In this document: one piece after another, positions 47,318 to 58,322 of the stretch
Layout: the number at the start of each line of letters is the position of its first letter
Numbering within the stretch: the first letter of the stretch is position 1
Source: Blepharisma stoltei ATCC 30299
Taxonomy: Eukaryota > Protista > Ciliophora
Assembly (NCBI GenBank): GCA_965603825.1
Contig: CBFDEM010000053.1
Span: 1,302,001-1,366,000, forward strand
Direction of reading: 5' to 3'
DNA length: 64,000 nt
The notes under the pieces: generated by a model
What the model was told of the DNA's origin: nothing
Seen by the model: only the letters and a program-made list of their open reading frames with translations
Databases searched by the model: none
Position numbers and translations under genes: made by a program

Positions 47318-50300
47318 ATGGAGATATCATATGCAAACTATCTGATTTCACGTCTTTCGATCTTCAAAGATCCTTTTTCATCTACAGAAATCCAAACTGA
47401 AATGCTCTGTTACCCAATTTCATACCTAGCAGAAGACCAACTGAAAGGGCTGGAGTGTGGGCTCCTCCAAGACATCGAAGATCACCAATTGATTTTCGAT
47501 TCTCTACAAAAAGATCTGCCAAAAAGTGAAAAACTGAGCTACGAGCACCACTTTATTGCGGATGGTGCTGCTCATCTTCTTGCGAACTCTCATAGAGAAA
47601 ACTTTGTTTTCCTGCTCGGAACTCCCAAAATCGGGAAAAGCTCTCTGCTAAGGAAAATTGCTTTGCTAGCAGCTCAAAATTTGAAAAGCAACTCTAATAG
47701 CCCAGTCCCTTTACTAGTAAACTTAAAGAAAGTCATGGAATATGAAGTATCATCAATGGTTCAGTTTATGGAAGCATGCTACAGCCAACTCGAAGAATTC
47801 GAAGCTTTTCTCAGACAAAAATTTTTTCATGGAAAAATTATTTTACTGTTAGATGGATTAGACGAAGTCAAAGGGCAGAAGAAAAAAGTATGCGAATACG
47901 TCTTCAAGGTCATAGAAATGTATTCATCTTTATCCCTATGTGTGATTACTTCGAGGTTCAAAGGATATATTGAAACAAAAGGAGCAGTTGTTGCAAGAAT
48001 GGAGCTGATTCCTCTTAAATTGCAGATTTCTATGGCGCAGTATATGCTTTCTGAGCTGCAGTTTGAGAGGTTTGTATCAATTGTGACTGAAGGGTCAAAT
48101 TTTTATAGTGAGTTTATGAGCACACCTTTTTTCCTATCTCTTTTCTTAGACCTTTTTAGATGGGGAGAAATAGGTGCAAGTGAAAATATTTCGAGAGGAA
48201 TTTTATATAGCATAGGTCTGAGGAAACTATTGGGAAAATCTGTCACTCCAGATATATTTAGGTTTCTTGAGCTATTGGCAACTGATATTTTGGCAAAAGA
48301 TATAAGGGAGTTTTCGTTCCTCGACGTACAAAAATTAGGCTTTGGTGATTGTTGAAATGCTATCAAGCAGATGCCTATTTTTATAAGGGTAGAAAACGAT
48401 ATTATAGAAAAGCTTTCTACAGGGCCTTTGAGTGATGAAGAATATTATAGAGACTCAATAGATGCAGAGTGCGGCATTGGAGAGGTAAAAGACACACCTC
48501 TTTTTCAAGCTCTTAAAGGAAGCACAGCCAGACTTTCATCTATCCAAAAATCAAGCTTAATCAAAGATAGGATTTTTTCTATGCAAAGTTCAAAAGAAAG
48601 CTTGGAAAGAGAATTAAATTGTGAAGCTCTTGAGTATTTTAGATTTCTCAGCCTTCGATTTGCTGAAATTCTCTCTGCTCATAATTTGATTAACCAGATT
48701 GAAGATCTTATTTCTCAGCTTGCTGGAGCTTTTTTAATGGAAAGTTCAGCTTTTCAAAAAGCATTCAATCAATGTCTTCCTAAAAACTATTTATTTTCAA
48801 GAAAATACCGAGAAGTAGTCACCTTATTTGCTTCACTCTGTAATGAAAATATTTTTGAAAACTTCATTAAATATTTACTAGCTGAAAACACTCTTGAATT
48901 TTGCCATATAGCAGAGCGCCTTTTAAAAGAAAGGAACCAAACCCACAAATTCAAGCATTTAATAAACAAGCTGAAACAGTCAAAATGCGAGCTAACAAAA
49001 AAACAGTTCGTTAGGAACTTTTCTCATCCGTCGTCAGTTGTGAGAAGAATTTGTAGGTCAGAAGCAATTGATAACGGGATTTTTGAAATGGAAATGCAGA
49101 CTTTAATCAGTCGAAATTTCGAAGCTTCATTAAGGCTTTCACATTGGCTAGCACTTAAACAAATTTCTGCTGTATGTAATGATTCAAGCGTAAGGGTCAC
49201 AAGAATTTTATTAAATAGAGTTGTAGATATTGCTGCTGATATGATCCAGCAGGCAAACAAGTCGCAATCTTATAAATCAATAGTTCTCAAAGTGCATCTT
49301 ACACTTCTCTTAGCAAGTTTTGAAAAAGTTGATAAAAGTCCTTCAGGCAAAAACTCTTCAAGCTCTTGTACAACTCCTCCTTCTAATGTCAGCATTGCTC
49401 CCAGCGCACAAGAGCTATTTGATAAAAACACAGAAGAGTCAACAATAAGGATAAGCTTTGACAGGATGAAAATTCCAAGAAGAGACTCAGTCAATCTGGA
49501 TAGGATGGGGTCAACCAATAAAGTGATATCAACTTTGCTCGAAGCACTGAGAGTTTGTGAATCAATTGATGTCAATTTAACAGTAAGATCTTTAATTTTA
49601 CTCGGCTGCTCTATGAGTCATATGCACTCAGCTCTTGCAGGTAGATTTTTCAATCTTGGAGACAGATGCAGCAAACTTGACATTTTGCAAGTACTTAGAG
49701 ATTTAGGGTTCGTAACCCAGCATACAGTGGATATTCCATTGCTTTGTATTGACTATTCAAAAGAAACCAAGGAAAAAGCCAAAGAGATTTTACGACTTCT
49801 AAATGCAGGGAAACTAAAAAAATATGCTATGAATGTGCTGATGAAAGATGAGTCACAGCCTGTTAAATCAATACTTGCATTACGAGCTCTAGGATTCGCT
49901 AGTTCTTTTGAGCTTGACGAAGAAGTTGTTCACTTTCTTGTTCAATTTATTGACCACTATGATCTGCTCTTCCGACTTGAAGCCTTAAAAAGTCTTTATA
50001 ATTTAATTTCAGCAACTCAAGGCATCAATACTCAAGACACGCAAATCCGCAAAATACTAGCTGCAGCTCCTCATGTTATTAGAGACCGGCTAAAGCTACC
50101 AAAATACTCAAGCACAATGAGGATAGCAAGCTTGAAATGCTTGATAGCTTTATGAATTTTGCTTGATAAAGGTAGAGAAGACAATCATATCTGCGAAATG
50201 AACCATATTTTAGTCAAAGAACAGTTAGGGACAAGTTTTCTCGTAGGGAGCTTAGAAAGCATAATGCCTATTCTTTACGAGTTTTTAAGCAGCGACATTC

Positions 50301-51700
50301 AAGAAGAAATTGATGCCGGATGACAATGTCTCATTGAGATTGACCCTTTTTCAAACAACTCAAATTTCCCTGAGGTGATTAAATTTGTGAAAAATGTTTT
50401 ACTGGACAGCAGGATCAAAACAAGAAAATATGCTTTGAAATTGTTGGTAAAAACCATACCTTCCCTCGAGTTAAAAGACGAAACTATGAAAATTTTAATC
50501 GACCTTATCCCTATTTTCACTTCAAAAGAAATTGAGCTGGTAGCCAAAATAATTTTTAACTGAAGCGAAATATCATCACTGAAGTCAATTTTTCCACCCC
50601 TTAGCTCAGCTATTTTGCCTGAGTTTGCAACTCACTTTTCAAATATTTTCCACTTAATTGATACTCTCGGCAAAGTTATCGATCAGGAATATGGGTACAT
50701 TTCCGAAATTCCTCAGACAGGATCCTCATCAGAATTTAAACAGCTAAATCATCAGAATAAATCAATAATGAACCACATCACAGAAAACCTTCAAAGCACA
50801 CTAAAATCTTCAATTCCTAAAAGAAACGAATTCCTTGATATAAGTGGAGAGCCATCATTTTTCAAGGACGATTCTCTGCAAGACATGTCAATCATAGAAA
50901 TTGACGACTCCGAAAACAAGACTTCTCTTGACAGTGGATCAGGTGATTCTGATGAAAAATTACCTTCCGTTGTTTTATGTTACACTATTCTCAAGTCTGG
51001 GATTAAAAGTGAAGCAATTAACCATATAGTTTTGAAATATCTGAAAAAGTACGATAATATCGATGAATTCTGTGTAGCTGCAGAAGCATGAGCAATAATA
51101 AATGGCAGCAAAGAGTTCTATCAGCCTCAGGTAGAAGTTGCTTTAAATAATCTTATTGACGATTATCCTGAAAAAATTGCAAAAGCTGTGATTGACTTGA
51201 AATTTAAATCTGACAGTATTTGCAATAAGCTGATCGTAAATTTGAGCTCTGGGACTCTTAAGCTTGATTATACATATAAAGCTATTCTTATTAGTATGCA
51301 GCTGAATTCTTCTGCGCCGTTGGAAGAGTTATGCAGACTTGCAATAAACTATACTAATAATGATCCACAGCTGCTTTTGTTTATTCATAACCAAGTAAGT
51401 AACACAATTGAGCAATTCACAATTAATTGCGATTCTCAGCTGAAGTCTCTAATTATTTGTTTGAGCAATAACCATTGTGGACTTTTAGTACAGCCAATTT
51501 GGCAGTATTGGACAAATCGGCTGAGTGAAAATCCTGGGTATGTTCTCCCTGAAGATATTCAAATTGTGCTTGAAAATTCTGAAGATATGGACTCAAAGTT
51601 CTTATTGAGATGGGCCAGGACTTTAGGAATTTTAAAAGTTGAATTTGTGGGAAATGAATCGATCATAAGCATGCCAACAAGAAAAATGTGAAATATATAA
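47318..51700 (+). CDS. NACHT-family STAND NTPase with C-terminal HEAT/ARM-like repeats (NLR-like), about 1460 aa
   Basis: Five fragments in one frame via TGA. Walker A GTPKIGKSS, VPLLVNL, Walker B ILLLDGLDEV, sensor-1 VITSR, TPFFL, winged-helix FRFLSLRFAEILSA, then helical repeats; TAA at 51698. Confidence 0.85.
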
Positions 51701-51929
51701 CTCATTTTAAATAGAATTTTATAATGCCAGCATTAAATTAATTATTTTTACCAAAGGAAAATTAATATAATTTATTAGTATTTCAATTAAGCTTCCACAT
51801 TAATTTAAGAAATTTAGCTATAATAATAAATAATGAAAATTTGCAAGCTGATCTGTTTTAAATAAGCAACACAAATAATTTACCTCAATCTTATTTGCGC
51901 ATTGTAATTTATTCTCCTTACTGCTATAA

Positions 51930-52748
51930 ATGCATAAAATTAAGACAGTTAATTGTAAAATGGATAAAAAAGGACATGAGTTGGATTTTAAAGTAAGATA
52001 TCCACAACTAGAAAATTTCCCAGGGGAACTGAAAGCAGGTCTTAAAAGATACCATGTCCACAAAAATGATTCTTCGCGAGAGCTCTTCTTCAACGTTAAC
52101 AAACTCACAAGCAAGTACTTGATTCTCCCAACAGTTCCAAATCGCCCAAGAAGGAACAGGTCACAGCTCGACTATGTTTCTCAAAACATATCTATTGACG
52201 CAAAGCCTAAGCAAGAGGAATTAAGCACTCTTAAGCAGCAATTAAAAACCAAAGATCAAGAAATTGCTCATCTCAGATATATGGTTAGGTCAAACCAAGG
52301 CTTCAAAAGTGTGGAGCCAGAACAAAAGCATCAGTCCAATAAGCTGTCGAACTATGACCCGAGCAGTTCGTTTCTGCCCTATTCGAAGTCAAATGATATA
52401 AAACGGTCTACAAGTTCGCATCAAGATCTTTTTAGAGATCAGAGACTGACTCCTTTAAGAAATCGATTTATACCAACAGAAAGGAACTCGAATCCTTTAC
52501 TTGAGTTCGCGAATCACCCCGTATTTAAGCAGCCGTTTTATTCCAAGAAAAATCCGAAAATCGTGCTTAATGACCCGATCACCGGCCTTAACAAACCATC
52601 CGGGTTGTCCCTATCACCAGACAAGCCAAATAATCACAGCCTGACGCCTGATATAAGGAAATCAGCTGATTACTATAGCAATTACATAGGAGAGTCGTTC
52701 TCCAGGCCGAATTTAAACGCAGAAAGGCTCAATAAATCATTTGTATAA
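51930..52748 (+). CDS. Hypothetical protein (272 aa or shorter) with a short coiled coil
   Basis: Uninterrupted ORF; start may be ATG 51960. Confidence 0.65.
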   Translation: MHKIKTVNCKMDKKGHELDFKVRYPQLENFPGELKAGLKRYHVHKNDSSRELFFNVNKLTSKYLILPTVPNRPRRNRSQLDYVSQNISIDAKPKQEELSTLKQQLKTKDQEIAHLRYMVRSNQGFKSVEPEQKHQSNKLSNYDPSSSFLPYSKSNDIKRSTSSHQDLFRDQRLTPLRNRFIPTERNSNPLLEFANHPVFKQPFYSKKNPKIVLNDPITGLNKPSGLSLSPDKPNNHSLTPDIRKSADYYSNYIGESFSRPNLNAERLNKSFV

Positions 52749-52785
52749 TTCATAATAGCTATTAAAATTAGGAAAAGCTGTTAAA

Positions 52786-53994
52786 TTACATATACAGAGG
52801 GGATTCATCAATATTATAATTTCTGATAACCCAGTTTACATTTTCAATTGAAGCCGAAATCGCGTTTACTATAATCTTTTTCACATCACTCAGAAATTGC
52901 ATATCAATGTGCTGCATCCCTGAAGCTCAAACATTCATCTTATCCTCCATAGGAAGCTGCCTTGCTGACTCGTAGACTTCTAACAAATCTCCTTCTTCTA
53001 AATCAGCAATATCTTTGAGACCAGCTACAATTCCTTTGATGATTTGAAAAAGCTGAGTGCCGTCAAGAGCGATATTTGCATAGGATTGAAAATATTCTTT
53101 TGCCTTTTCCATTGATGGGAAATGGACTTGCCCAATGTTTCGGCCCTCAAGTACTTCGTCGAGATCTCTGAGTATGCTGAAAATGTATCGTTCAAGCCTT
53201 TCCATGTGTTGGTTATAAAGTGTTTCAGCTAAAACACTGTCCTTTCTTAAACAATTGCAATATGAATCTACTGAGAAAATTGTTCCTAATTTGATGTCAA
53301 CATATTCAGGATCTCCTAAGTTTTCACCATAGAGACCTGTAGGAATTACTTCTATGCAAAGTGTGTTAGGATTCCCCTGATTATTTCAAATCAGAGGGAT
53401 TCTGTCAGAATTATTCAAAAATAGATCTAGGGCAAGGATAACACCTAAGTCCCGAAGTCTAGAATAGCCTTTAATTTTGTCGTAGCCAAAGCATAAAGCT
53501 GATCGTTTCGGACCTAGCATCAATAAAGAAAGAGTTGGGTAATACTCTGACACAATCAAAAAAGGACGGTCAAGTTCATGTGTTAGCTGATTGTCAATGT
53601 ATAAATCATGATATGTCTTAGACCTCAAAGAGTGCATCATCTTTTTGAATTCTTTATCTTTGTATTGAACGATCCGTGCAAGAGGCACTTGAATTGCTAA
53701 TTTTTGGTATAGAAGGGTGGTAAAATAATCTTGTGCAACGTTAGGGGAGCCTTTAACGGTTAAAGCTCTATTGTCTTCAAATTGGCATAGAAAAATCCCT
53801 GTTACTCCTCCCTGTGTACAATCAACTCCAATCAGTTCTTTTCAAGAAAAATCATAAATTTCAGCAGGCAGAGATTTCAAGTTAAATTTAAACTCATTCT
53901 TCCCCAGCTTGGCCTTATGATATTTCTCCACTAGCTTCCTTGAAACTTTGTCTTGAAAATCATTTGGGTGCTCGCTAATATAAGGAATTTCCAT
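52786..53994 (-). CDS. Actin-fragmin-kinase-like atypical kinase (about 402 aa)
   Basis: One frame via TGA. QGGVTGIF...TVKGS and LGVILALDLFLNNSDRIPLI-W-NNQGNPN resemble the catalytic core of Physarum AFK. Confidence 0.75.
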
Positions 53995-54107
53995 TATTTA
54001 CTAAGAAATTCTCAAAATAAACGGTGTATAACTATTTTATAAAAGAAATTATTTAATTAATTAGACTTTTAATTAGAATTAAATAATTGTTTTGATAGTT
54101 TGTACAC

Positions 54108-54782
54108 TTATCCATTTGTTTTGTAAAGCGTTCGCTCAAGAAATTGTATTTGCTGAACTGTGATGCTCATTTCATCTTGCAGTTCTTGCTCTTTACTGTA
54201 AAGTTCTTTTAGCTGGCTTTCTTTTTCTTCACTGTCGATGTCCATGTTAGGGTCATCGTCAGGCTGCCCAACAATGCCGCCCATGGTCTTTGACTTTTGC
54301 TCAATAATTAAGGCTTCTTCTGGTGAAAGAGTTCCGACTATTATACTGTGAAATCGATTTTTAGCAGAATTCGGAGTTCGGCCTTCAATGTATTTGGATA
54401 CTTCATATCAATTCATCCCAATATCCAAAACTATGTTCTTAAGAAGAACGTCTTCTGCCTCAGTTCATGGGCTCTTCTTAATGCTGGGATTCAGCTTATT
54501 TCTCCATCGAGATTGCACTTGGACTGAAGTTTTATGTGGGAATTTTCGAGCGATTTTTTCTCAGTCAAAATTCATTTTGATGGCGTATTTGGAAAGCCTT
54601 TTGTCGTCGTCCTTTGTTCATATAGCTTTGCCGTGTTTTTCCTTTTCATGGATGGATTCGTGTTGTGGTTCTCGAATGATTCTCACTGGCTCTTCGGCAC
54701 AGCAAGTATCTCAGCAACTTCGTGGAGCCTCTGGAGTTCTCCAGTATCCACCTGCAACGTTAATTGCTCCTGACCAGCTCAT
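54108..54782 (-). CDS. Two-repeat Myb transcription factor (about 224 aa), absent from the ORF track
   Basis: With TGA=Trp it reads WTKDDDKRL..FDWEKIARKFPHKTSVQVQSRWRNKLNPSIKKSPWTEAED..MNWYEVSKYIEGRTPNSAKNRF. Confidence 0.92.
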
Positions 54783-55202
54783 ATTATTTCAATGGTTTAA
54801 TTTTATATCTATTTTTTATGTCAGACTAAAACTAAATTAACAAATGCAAATTTTTTATATTTCAAAAAGTTTCTGTTGAAAGCAATTATAAAGATTTAAC
54901 TTGTTTTTTCAGTAATCTGATTGACAGATAAATGGCTTGAAATGCAGTAAATGACAGAATTTTGAATTAATTTTTTTTTATGCTTCATTAGACTTGATTA
55001 AAGGATTTTTCCTACAATTAGCCTTTATACTTGAGATTTATCGCAATATATATTTTTGAGCCAATTTTAATGCATTCAATTAGCAGATTTTTCTTTCTTA
55101 CTGAAGTGGCCATAAAATCCTTATTGTTTTCAAAGTCACAGTTAAAAACCAAAAAATCGCTGCAGTTCTCTAAAATATATAAATGACTATATTTATATAG
55201 AT

Positions 55203-55886
55203 ATGTATGATAACAGCGAGGACAGCTCTCCTGATCAAAGGTCAAACTCATTAGCCATGCAAAAACCACAGAGAAAGAATCCTATAGCAGATGCAGCAGA
55301 TCTCGCAAATCGAATCCGTCTTCTTAAATTTGAACATAGCCGAGCTTTAAAAAGAATTGAAGAAACCAAAGATCGAATCGCTGAAGTCATAAATTCCCGC
55401 ACAAGAAATGCCCAAGACAAGCAGATTAGGGAACAGTGAAAGCAGCAGCAACTCAAACAGGAAGAGGAGCTCAGGGAGAAAAATAGACAACTAAGGCAGT
55501 TAAAAGAAGACAAAATGTATCAAATGCAATATGAATTATTCAATGTAAAGCAAAGAGTAGGTAATCGGATGCGAAATGCAAAAGAATTCATTAAACGGAC
55601 AATTCAGCAAAAATCATTAGATACACGAAGAGAAAACAAGAAAAAGAGAGAATCGATTCTGCTTGGAAGTAAGCAAGCCAATATGAGAACGAAATTTTTA
55701 GAAGAGCATAAAACTCAGAAAGCAAAAAGCTTCTATGAGCATAGGATTGACTATGAAGATAATCACAGATTTGATCTCGAAAAGCATATTCAGGATTTGG
55801 AAACTCAGGAAAGAATTTTGCTTGAAAGGGTGCAGAGAGCTCAGGAAATACAAAGAGAGGCACTTGAAGAATTTGAACAATCATAA
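55203..55886 (+). CDS. Coiled-coil protein (about 227 aa)
   Basis: Two fragments in frame through TGA at 55437. Confidence 0.7.
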
Positions 55887-56087
55887 AATTTGATAAATTT
55901 GTTTATTTTTAAATAAAATTTTCTTTGGATTTGTTTAATAATATTGAAATAATTAAATCTTAATAGAAGAGGTTGGGAATGAGACATTATTATTAGTCTT
56001 TTAAGGGATGAGACATAAAACGATAGCACTGATTTCATTAAAATATTTAGCACTACTTAAATCTTAAATGAGAAAAATTAATAAAAT

Positions 56088-57089
56088 ATGAGGCCAATAC
56101 TCATCAGCTGCCATACAAGACCAGTGATTGCCGTAAAATTCAACAAAGACGGCGATCTTTTCTTCACAGGAAGCTTTGATGGGAAAGTCTCAGTATTTTG
56201 GTCAGAGCCAGTTGAAAGATTAGGGACATTTGCTTGTGATGGTGCAATAAAGGCATTTACAGTCTCAGACGATTCCAAATATATTGTTATCGGCACAGCC
56301 ATCAACGGAATCTTTATTTTTGAAGTGGAAACCGGACTAAAGGTCAAAACACTTGAATTCTCCAACAAAATCCATGTAAGAGACGTCGATTTCTCAATGG
56401 GCAGTCAAGAATTCTTTATGATCAGCTATGAAAGTGACGTGAAAAAGCAGTCAGTGGTTTACTCATACGACTTTGAGACTGTTCTTAACAGAGAACAGCC
56501 AGCTAGAAGAGAAATCCGTAGAAGGGATATAGATCATTATTACAGAGGAGCCTGGGGATACCTAAATAAAACCATTGTTCTTGGAACACAAAATGGGTGC
56601 ATTGATGTCGTTGACACAAAAACCAAAGAACTCTTATTAAGCTATCGCCCTCATACAAACCAAATAACAAGTTTGGCTTTTTCTCCTGACTACAGCATGC
56701 TCATTACTGCCTCAAGAGACTGTTTTGCCAAGATTCTAGACCCAGAAACTCTTAAAGAAAAAAGAGTTTTTAACGCCCAAAGACCATTGAACTCTGCTAT
56801 TATTTCACCATTAATGCTTAATGAAGGGAACCCTAAATACCATTGCTTAGTAGCTGGAGGCCAAGAAGCAAGAGATGTGACAACCACTGCAACAGACCAA
56901 GGAGGATTTGAAATAACATTTTACAATATGATCTTTGAAAGAGAAGTCGGCAGTGTAAGAGGCCATTTCGGTCCTGTGCACTCAGTCGCAGTACACCCAA
57001 GAGGCCACATGTTTGTGACTGGCTCAGAAGATGGTACAGCTAGAGTACACATGCTTGATCAAGATTACTTCACCCCAGCATATGATTAA
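56088..57089 (+). CDS. EIF3I: Translation initiation factor eIF3 subunit I (WD40)
   Basis: MRPILISCHTRP..KFNKDGDL, RPLNSA, GGQEARDVTTT and GHFGPVHSVAVHP. Confidence 0.95.
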   Translation: MRPILISCHTRPVIAVKFNKDGDLFFTGSFDGKVSVFWSEPVERLGTFACDGAIKAFTVSDDSKYIVIGTAINGIFIFEVETGLKVKTLEFSNKIHVRDVDFSMGSQEFFMISYESDVKKQSVVYSYDFETVLNREQPARREIRRRDIDHYYRGAWGYLNKTIVLGTQNGCIDVVDTKTKELLLSYRPHTNQITSLAFSPDYSMLITASRDCFAKILDPETLKEKRVFNAQRPLNSAIISPLMLNEGNPKYHCLVAGGQEARDVTTTATDQGGFEITFYNMIFEREVGSVRGHFGPVHSVAVHPRGHMFVTGSEDGTARVHMLDQDYFTPAYD

Positions 57090-57223
57090 CAAAGTAAACA
57101 TAACAAAGTTCTTAATATCTATGATCCAGAAGTAAAGGTTTTAATGATCCATTTTATCTTTCAACAAAATATTTTTTAATTATAGTCTATTTTGTTGATA
57201 ATTTATTAAAAACTTAATTGGAT

Positions 57224-58249
57224 ATGACTACTCTGGCAAGGAAGCAGAATTTGTCAAATGACTACCAAGAGAACGAGAAAACTCAGCATAACTGCTATGA
57301 GTGGGATGAAAACACACAAGGAAAAAACTCAGAAGAAGCATTTAACAGTCCAAACGATGGAAGAATCAGGCATAATTGTAGGAGAAATACGTTCACAACG
57401 CCAGAAAATTCTAATGAAAATATCATTGTCACAACCAAGCCTACACATAGACGTACAATTAGTGGCTCACATGATTATTATTGTGATTTATTCAGCTTCT
57501 CAACAAATCAGTCTCCTCCTTCAAGTGAAATGGAAAATAAATACAAGAAAGTCATAGCATGGATCTCAAATAATGAGTACTTATCTGTAAATGAATCAAA
57601 TGAATTTAAATGAGAAGCTGAAGAAATGAGGGGGAATGATGAAAAACAAACGAACTCTTGTAAAAAAGAGGTTAAAACAGTGCTTGAGCTTGGTGACTTT
57701 GAGGAAATGATAAAAGTCATCAATGAGAGAGAAAATACGATGAAGCATTATTTGCTAAGCAAAAAGAAAGAAATCAAGGAGTTTGCAATAAAACAAATTA
57801 AGCGAGCTGACAGTCCAGCCAGCGATGCTGATAAAAAGCAACAAAAAGGATTGTTAAACATAGAAAACAATGATAATAAACTACAAAAAAAGAAAGAAAA
57901 ATTCACACATATGTCTGAACAAGTAAAAAGAGACCCTATTGAAAAAAATAAAGATCATTCTTCAACTGGATTTTTCCGAAAAAGCAATGACAATAAATCT
58001 GAAATTAAAAATTTCCTGCATAAATTGAGTGTAAATAAAGGGAGCGAAAGCAATGCAATTCTGATTTCATCACGAAAAATAAATCTCGGAAAAAAGGATA
58101 AAAAGGGTGATAATGAAAAACCTGAAAAGCTAGAAAAGCCAGACAAGCCTCGAATTGTTCCCAAAAAGGAAGCTCGAACAGGAACAATTCACCATAGTCC
58201 TCTGCAAAAAAGAGGAAACATTGAAAAAATAGCAAAGCTCATTCGCTAG
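57224..58249 (+). CDS. Hypothetical hydrophilic protein (about 341 aa)
   Basis: Two fragments in frame through TGA at 57611. Confidence 0.6.
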
Positions 58250-58322
58250 AGAATGTATTTACTATTCTTTCCTTAGTATTTATGGCATGTTTATAATTTG
58301 GACAATAATTAATCTTTATTTA

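Noticed and set aside
54388-54840. 150-aa and 79-aa plus-strand ORFs
   Set aside because: Antisense shadows of the Myb gene. The same applies to the many hydrophobic or Ser-rich short ORFs opposite real genes.
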